Of a DNA stretch of 64,000 nt, positions 56,329 to 64,000 are shown one piece after another. Position 1 is the first letter of the stretch, and each line of letters starts with the position of its first letter. Under the pieces are notes generated by a model, which saw only the letters and a list, made by a program, of their open reading frames with translations, made no database searches and was not told the DNA's origin. The DNA lies in assembly GCA_964016885.1 (NCBI GenBank), contig OZ024752.1, forward strand, positions 27,094,001 through 27,158,000, in the 5' to 3' direction. The translations under genes were made by a program, and so were the position numbers. The stretch is from Eledone cirrhosa. Lineage: Eukaryota.

Positions 56329-57576
56329 TAATTCTAGTATATCCTCGAGTAGGTTTGTTGTTATTGTCGTTGTTATTTCTGCTCTTGCTGTTATTGTTGT
56401 TGTTGTTGGTGGTGGTGGTGATGTGGATGTTATGGTGTTGGTTGTCGGAAAGACGATGTTTAGCTTTGATTGAACAAACCTGTAGAGCGACGTTAGTTGG
56501 TTGAACGACTAGGCTCACACAATTCAAGACATTAATGACTTGGCCAATCCATTACATTTTTCCTGCATGTCTACAGTGACTAAATTATTCTTACCATTTT
56601 CTTTAAAGACAGCAGAATATGATTTAGGAGATTTTTGTCTTCTATTCCCTCTTGGCATAAATATCTTGCCTATTAACCACGCTGACTTCATCAACCTTGG
56701 ACCAGCATGTCTATAGGTATTGGCTGCATCCCTCAGAACAAACAAAAATTTAAAGGAATTTAGCAGCAGCAGTAGGATGTTATGCTACTTAGTTCGGCCC
56801 CTTTTATTTTTAGTTCACATTTAATTGGAGCGAATTTAGATTTTCATACAACCTTGTTCAATAATTATCGTTTTAATAAGTAAGAAATTTATGTTGATTT
56901 TAGCCCATTCCTTCAATATATGGCGTTCTGAGAAACAGAAAATTACATCATCATGTTTCATCATCAACAAGAGTTTCACTGGGACATATTTTATTCAGAA
57001 AGAGGGACCCTTTTCCCTGTCTGGTAGCTATGGTGAAAGAGCATGTGTGGTGGATGAGGTTAAACGAACTGAGGATAGGCATTTCACGTGGCAGCAAAAT
57101 CTAAGTCAAATTCTTCAATACTGCTTCAAGGAGAAGGTAAGGGTTGCAGAATGTGAATGCAAGGGAAATGCTGTCCTCCGGTAAATTTGTTGTGAGGTAT
57201 GTGAGAGAGGCAGCATGCACAGCCGAATGAATAGGCCTTCACTCAACATGCACATGCAGCTGAAGGAAAGCAATTAAGGGCGGAAGGCAATTGCCCATAA
57301 AAGAAAGGGTAATCTTTGGGGCTCCATGATTGACCCTAAGTGATTGTCTTCATGTTCAGACATTTTATTTTATGTTCCTTCATACAGCAAATTGGTCTAT
57401 TAACGTTTAAAATTTAAATTTCGACGAGGTAAGCCCTGTTTATCATTTATTTTGAGTTGATATAATACAGTAACAGTCACAGATTTGGATTGATTTAATA
57501 GTCTAATCTACCAATTCTTGTAACTATAGTAGAAATGATTATTATTATTTCTGTTTTCGTTGTTTATCTGCTTCAG

Positions 57577-57672
57577 AACTATCGTCGCCAATGTTACCAG
57601 TATTAGAATCAGACGTTGGGTTAACTATGCCGCAGAGTATGGCCATAGCACGATTCTTAGCACGTGAATTCG
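57577..57672 (+). CDS. S-crystallin second coding exon
   Basis: TTCAG acceptor; (Q)LSSPMLPVLESDVGLTMPQSMAIARFLAREF(G); GTAAGT donor; phases 1/1 match the neighbouring exons. Confidence 0.92.
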
Positions 57673-57744
57673 GTAAGTTGACTTTGTATATGGGTCTACA
57701 CACACACACACACATACCACATACACAAATATATATAAGTATAT

Positions 57745-57866
<122 letters not shown>

Positions 57867-58117
57867 AGTGACAATAAGAATTGCAGGTTTTTTGTAAACT
57901 TTATTACATATTACAATTTATTTCCATATCGATCAGCTCAGGTGTGATCATGGGATCGGATTCCGACACTTAATCGACACTTCTTCAGATATGAGAGTTT
58001 AAACGGTAAAAATCACCCTGTCCACACAGTAAAATGATCGTCATATATATATATATTTATATATATATATATGCATATATATATATATATATATACATGC
58101 AGTCATACACATATTCA

Positions 58118-58151
<34 letters not shown>

Positions 58152-59008
58152 TTATAAATACACACATGCATACATACACATATACACCATACTTTTGCGT
58201 AAAACTGGTCAATCATAAGAACCATCTGATAACGTTAAAGAAGAGAAACTTTAATGAGTTGCTGATTTTTTGTTTTTATTAAATATTATTCTGGTAACGT
58301 TTTGATGTCACCAAAGTAGATGAATTGACCAGAGGATTGATATTAAGTACTTTTTGTTAAAAATATCGTTATGGTGTGTCTAAAAGATAAAATCAAAGAG
58401 CGCACAAGAAGACACGCATTTGGCAGTTCTACCCCCACTGAAGGACGCCCAACTAATGGAGTCCCAGGGCAAATTCCCTATCCACCTCGCTATAAATCTG
58501 GTCCTACACTACGGTGCATAGGCTGATAACCAATACAAAAGTAAGACGTGTAGAGGTTTTAATCGAAACTTGCTTCTCACACGTCTATGTTTCCAATAAA
58601 TTTGTTTTCGTACTTTTAATTATATATTATTTAATTATGTGTGTTTATGCATATTCATTTAATTATTATGTGTAATTAAAAAATAATTTTAATTCACCTC
58701 AGTATATTGTATGATGAATTTACTCTTTCGTTCAGTTGTCATGTAACTCTATATACTGCACATGATTTTGTAATGACTATCAAACATATTTTGTACCGGA
58801 ATTGACCGTGGAGGCAACAATAGAAATTATCATTAACTTTATATTATTAATTATTGTTATCATTCTGTGTCTACCACCACCACCCCCTAGCCCATCAAAG
58901 CCCTGTGGAAATTCTTCTTCTTCTTCTTCTTCTTCTTCTTCTTCTTCTTCTTCTTCTTCTTCTTCTTCTTCTCCCCCCCCCCCTGCCAAAAATAGAAACC
59001 ATTATTAC

Positions 59009-59172
59009 GGTGGATTGGCATTATCGGTAGAGTTACGACCCTTGCCATTCTGAGTTCGAATCCTGCCGAGGTTAACTTTGCCTTTCATCCTTACGGGGTC
59101 GATAAAATACAGTTCCAGTAATCTACTGGGTAATTGCTGGCCTTGTGCCAATAGTAGAAACAATTATTATTA
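59009..59172 (+). mobile_element. Deu/Nin SINE with tRNA-like head
   Basis: Box A-like TGGCATTATCGG, box B GTTCGAATCC, the core, and an (ATT)n tail. Confidence 0.8.
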
Positions 59173-59240
59173 TCATTGTTATTATTATTGTTATCGTTTT
59201 CGGTATTTTCATTATATATATATATATATATGTATATATA

Positions 59241-59415
59241 GGAAAAAGTATGACCCCGACGGCAGAGCTCAAGCCGTATCGACGGCTATAGGCGTCGAAA
59301 CGGCTTGAGCTCTGCCGTCGGGGTCATACTTTTTCCTATTTCCCACTCTACTATCCTAAGTATTGAGTACTCTGGTGCGTTATGGTCCATCTGGTTCCTT
59401 ACCACACTTCCTTTG

Positions 59416-59418
<3 letters not shown>
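59241..59418 (+). mobile_element. Mini fold-back element family F
   Basis: 96-bp near-perfect palindrome centred on GACGGC-TATA-GGCGTC, plus an 80-bp tail shared with 12983-13063. Confidence 0.75.
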
Positions 59419-59468
<50 letters not shown>

Positions 59469-59473
<5 letters not shown>

Positions 59474-60326
59474 TATGAAGAGAGAAGAAACATTTAGATA
59501 TAATTAGTAATAAAATGTATCATACCTAAACTGCTCCTAAATTCCTCGACTACGTAGTTTCGTGGCATAAACAAAAACAATATATCATAAAGATATAGAG
59601 TCCTTGCGAGGTCTGCCGACTTATCAAGAGGATACCTCATTTTACTAGTCTCAAGAACGCGTCTACACGACGTGAGAAAGAATCCCAAAAGGCGGAGGGG
59701 GAGATAGTCACGCGATATAACGGTCGAGAAACAGAGCTAAGCCTCTTATAACCCCGAAGAAAATACTACGGAGGCGGAGGGGGTATTTATATCGAGGCCG
59801 TAGAAGAGGTGGTGAAGAAGGCGAGAAGTATGAGTAATGGAAGCTTTCCAGCTGTCCCCACACTTCAAAGATTGCTCGACCAGAGGGAGTTATTAACAAT
59901 ACTGTTTCTCGACCGTTATATCGCGTGACTATCTCCCCCTCCGCCTTTTGGGATTCTTTCTCACGTCGTGTAGACGCGTTCTTGAGACTAGTAAAATGAG
60001 GTATCCTCTTGATAAGTCGGCAGACCTCGCAAGGACTCTATATCTTTATGATATATTGTTTTTGTTTATGCCACGAAACTACGTAGTCGAGGAATTTAGG
60101 AGCAGTTTAGGTATGATACATTTTATTACTAATTATATCTAAATGTTTCTTCTCTCTTCATAATGTATTTTTAACTCTGATACTGGTTCAGTCTAGTTCA
60201 ACTGAATTGGTCTGTCCCAGTCATTCATTGAGCAACATCGGTGAAGTTGGCACCCTTAACTCACAGTTGGGTGCGGATGCATTCATGTATATATGTGTGT
60301 GTCCGCATGTATCTGTGTGTTTCTAA

Positions 60327-60332
<6 letters not shown>
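59469..60332. mobile_element. 591-bp retrozyme-like family, inverted two-arm insertion (HHRs at 59543-59632 minus and 60004-60093 plus)
   Basis: Minus arm about 59897 to 59469 and plus arm 59902-60332, both matching the unit at 62986-63576; (TA)n flanks. Confidence 0.82.
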
Positions 60333-60365
<33 letters not shown>

Positions 60366-60521
60366 AGGACCCCGACAGATGAGCCCCGGCCGTTTCGACA
60401 GGTAGATCCGCTGTACTACCCTAAGTACCGAGTACCCTGGTGCATTATGGGCCACCTGGTATCTTTCCACACCTTCTTTGTTTTATATATATATATATAT
60501 ATATCATTATATTGTTTTCAG

Positions 60522-60637
60522 GTTTTCATGGTAGAAACAATCAAGAGATGGCCAGGGTGGATTACATCTGCCAATGTTTCTATGAAATACACGACTGTTA
60601 TATGAAAATGTATCACGAAAAAGACAAACAATTATAT
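60522..60637 (+). CDS. S-crystallin third coding exon
   Basis: TTTTCAG acceptor; (G)[38 protein letters not shown]; GTAAGT donor, phase 0. Confidence 0.92.
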
Positions 60638-62552
60638 GTAAGTAACATTAATTACAGTAAGCAATTAGCTAATAATTACAGATTTGAAAAGCAGTTTATG
60701 TAATTAAATCATTTCAATAGATTTCAGCAATTATCAACGAAAATAGTTCAATGAAGTAGTTAGTTAATGATGGTAAGTTAATGAATCGCCACCTTCACAT
60801 CATTCCACTTGTCTGCACCCGCAAACTTAAATATTTCTATTGTCTCTCTTTCATTCATTGGTTTATTCTTTCTTTCTTCCCTTCTTCCTTGTCATATTTC
60901 TTGTTTTGCTTTCATCATTATTTTATCCGAACATGGACAGTGGATTGGAGAATCTGTAAACCACCGGTTTACTTTACGGCATATAGTTACGGCTCTTTAC
61001 ATTCTGATTTCAAATCCTGCAGAGGTTATCTTTGCATTTTATTAGTACTGGGCTGATCAAATAAAGTACCAGTAATACACTAGAATCGATTTAATCGATC
61101 TTCCCAATCCCTTTGAATTATTGGACTTACGCCCAAGTAGAAAAATATTTATCCCAACATGGAATGTGAATTGACAGTATCGGTAGATCTTCGGATAGCA
61201 TGCTTTCCGACATATAGTGTACGGCTTTTTACTGAGTTCAAATCCCGCTGCGGTTTGCTTTGTTTTTCATCCTTGCGGAGTCTATAAAATAAAGCACCAG
61301 TAATATACTGGGGTCGATTTTCTCTTCTCCGCAACATGTTGATCTTGTGCCTAAATGAGAAACCATTATACATGCATCCCAAGATTTTTGGTAAATTGAC
61401 AGAATCTCTAGAACTTATGATAGATTCTTAGCAGTATTTACTCTGGCTCTGTACATTCTGAATTCAAACACACTTCCGAATTAGAACTTTGCACTGACAA
61501 CAAATATGCTAGCCTGGTGCCTAAATTTGAAATCAATAAATCCGGACAAAATACCGACTCTGAAACAATCCTATCAATCAACCGTCCTAGACTGATTCTA
61601 TACTTATCCAAACCGGATGGAGGAAAACCAAAATTAATCATGATAGAATTCAAACCCACAACACAAGGACCCGGAATAGACATCAAAAAGCATTTACTTA
61701 AAGGATGTAACGTTTCTGCCTTATAACCGCTTAAAACCCAGTTTAAAAGTAGTCCATGCTCTTCTGAACAAGGAAGTTGCATATGCTTTCTAATCATGTC
61801 ATCTGCTCTCCGACCATAGTCCATTTCTTGATTTGCTTCCATTATTCTTTTTATCTGAACATGGACAGTGGATTGGAGAATCTGTAGACCCCAGACAATA
61901 TACTTTGCGGCATATAGTTACGTCTATATCCACTGTCCATCTCTCTGACTAACGGAAAATATTCAGGAATTCCATGGATTTGAAAAAAGACAAACAAACA
62001 AGAATGAGATTAGTGCTATCAAGCGTAATGTAGTGAGATGAAGACAGGTCTAATTATTTATTATAATACTTATGTGGTGAAGAGATGAAAGCATTAGCTC
62101 AATGACTAACGGCATTTGAATGGAATTTTGACAAGTACGTGCAACAACTTCAGACAAGTTTGAGTCGTATTAGACCATCTCACTGCAAGATAGCATTTTC
62201 CTCGCTTGCCAAATAAGGCAATTACTCTATCCTTACTGTTTTCCAACTTTTAGTTCTCACTACAGCCGACCAACCAATTGTAACTCGTCTGATTACAATC
62301 GTCTGTAATTTTTTCAAAGCCAACATTTGAACTATATTGAAATAGTCGGATTGAACTAAACTGGTGAGAATGAATTGTTATTCATAGAAATTTTGCGAGG
62401 GCGTCGAAAGAATATGAACTGCTGCCCTATCAAATATAAGTGTCGACAAAAGTTTTAGAAGATCATAATGATTAATGAATTCGTGTTATAGTTTTTCAAA
62501 GTTATCTTATCTTTTATTCATCTAACATTACCTAACCGTCTTATATTTTAAG

Positions 62553-62594
62553 AATGAAACCAGCAGAAGATCAAGTAACAGAGAAGATAAACTG
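62553..62594 (+). CDS. Candidate S-crystallin variable-loop mini-exon (14 aa)
   Basis: CCTAAC branch point, TTTTAAG acceptor, open phase-0 42-nt frame NETSRRSSNREDKL, GTAATT donor. Confidence 0.5.
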
Positions 62595-62764
62595 GTAATT
62601 TTCTTTGAATTTTATAGTAGTTGGGGCAGAATATTCAAACACTTGAGCAGAAGCGTGTGAATACATTTCACACCAATGTTGACATAAGTATCACGTTTTC
62701 AAAGGATAACTTACTGTGTTAGAAAGCCGTCCTACATGAATGAATAATTTCCTAGTGATATTTT

Positions 62765-63650
62765 CGTGGTATTTTCTTCGTGGTTATAAGAGGCTTAGCT
62801 CTGTTTCTCGACCGTTATATCGCGTGACTATCTCCCCCTCCGCCTTTTGGGATTCTTTCTCACGTCGTGTAGACGCGTTCTTGAGACTAGTAAAATGAGG
62901 TATCCTCTTGATAAGTCGGCAGACCTCGCAAGGACTCTATTTCTTTGATATATTGTTTTTGTTTATGCCACGAAACTACGTAGTCGAGGAATTTAGGAAC
63001 AGTTTAGGTATGATACATTTTATTACTAATTATATCTAAATGTTTCTTCTCTCTTCATAATGTATTTTTAACTCTGATACTGGTTCAGTCTGGTTCAAAC
63101 TGAATTGGTCTGTCCCAGTCATTCATTGAGCAACATCGGTGAAGTTGGCACCCTTAACTCACAGTTGGGTGCGGATGCATTCATGTATATATGTGTGTGT
63201 CCGCATGTATCTGTGTGTTTCTAAATATATTAATAACTCCCTCTGGTCGAGCAATCTTTGAGGTGTGGGGACAACTGGAAAGCTTCCATTACTCATACTT
63301 CTCGCCTTCTTCACTACCTCTTCTGCGGCCTCGATATGAATACCCCCTCCGCCTCCGTGGTATTTTCTTCGTGGTTATAAGAGGCTTAGCTCTGTTTCTC
63401 GACCGTTATATCGCGTGACTATCTCCCCCTCCGCCTTTTGGGATTCTTTCTCACGTCGTGTAGACGCGTTCTTGAGACTAGTAAAATGAGGTATCCTCTT
63501 GATAAGTCGGCAGACCTCGCAAGGACTCTATTTCTTTGATATATTGTTTTTGTTTATGCCACGAAACTACGTAGTCGAGGAATTTAGGAACAGTTTAGGT
63601 ATGATACATTTTATTACTAATTATATCTAAATGTTTCTTCTCTCTTCATA

Positions 63651-63656
<6 letters not shown>
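62765..63656 (+). mobile_element. 591-bp retrozyme-like family, 1.5-mer tandem with two hammerheads
   Basis: Period 591 (62776 versus 63367); non-coding; ends in (TA)n. Confidence 0.85.
62903..62990 (+). ncRNA. Type I hammerhead, U3-A8 core variant (second copy at 63494-63581)
   Basis: UCCUC-UUGAUAA-GUCGGCA..(long insert)..UGCCAC-GAAA-CUACGUAG-UC^-GAGGA; stem III is the palindrome ACUACGUAGU. Confidence 0.78.
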
Positions 63657-63716
<60 letters not shown>

Positions 63717-63727
63717 GTGTATATATG

Positions 63728-63815
<88 letters not shown>

Positions 63816-64000
63816 ATGCATATAGTGTTCTACAAATTATGTGGAAAAAAAATGAGAACATTTACATCGAAAAGGAAATGTAAAATCATACATTCACAGT
63901 ATTGTAGCAGGCTTTGGGGTATGGTGAACATATTCACTTCAGCAAACAATCCTGTGTTCAATCTTATCACGAGATACACAGGGCAAAGAACAGGTATATG

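Noticed and set aside
59494-63418. Short ORFs (63-75 aa) in the 591-bp repeat
   Set aside because: They have non-ATG or weak starts and no recognisable motif, and a 2-nt indel between copies breaks the 64-aa frame.

Overview
AT-rich eukaryotic DNA saturated with (TA)n, (CA)n and (TATG)n microsatellites. It is very likely a cephalopod (octopus-like) genome, judged from an S-crystallin gene and Deu/Nin-type SINEs. Most ORF-track entries are microsatellite artefacts. The real content is: at least five families of Penelope-like retroelements (PLEs), mostly inserted in (TA)n; a degraded R4/Dong-clade LINE; a degraded Tx1/L1-clade LINE in (ATT)n; RTE relics; several SINEs; and coding exons of an intron-containing S-crystallin (sigma-GST family) gene starting at 56173 that runs off the window. 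Reading the non-coding DNA by eye shows about 18 type-I hammerhead ribozyme (HHR) motifs. The most notable are two non-coding, HHR-bearing, more-than-unit-length repeats (482 nt at 3420-3976; 591 nt at 59469-60332 and 62765-63656) that look like retrozymes copied from circular or multimeric RNA. The 591-nt unit has a U3-A8 variant core and sits in S-crystallin introns. Most PLE-type insertions here show the same fold-back architecture with two outward-facing 3' ends. All folds and alignments were done by eye; no search or folding software was run.
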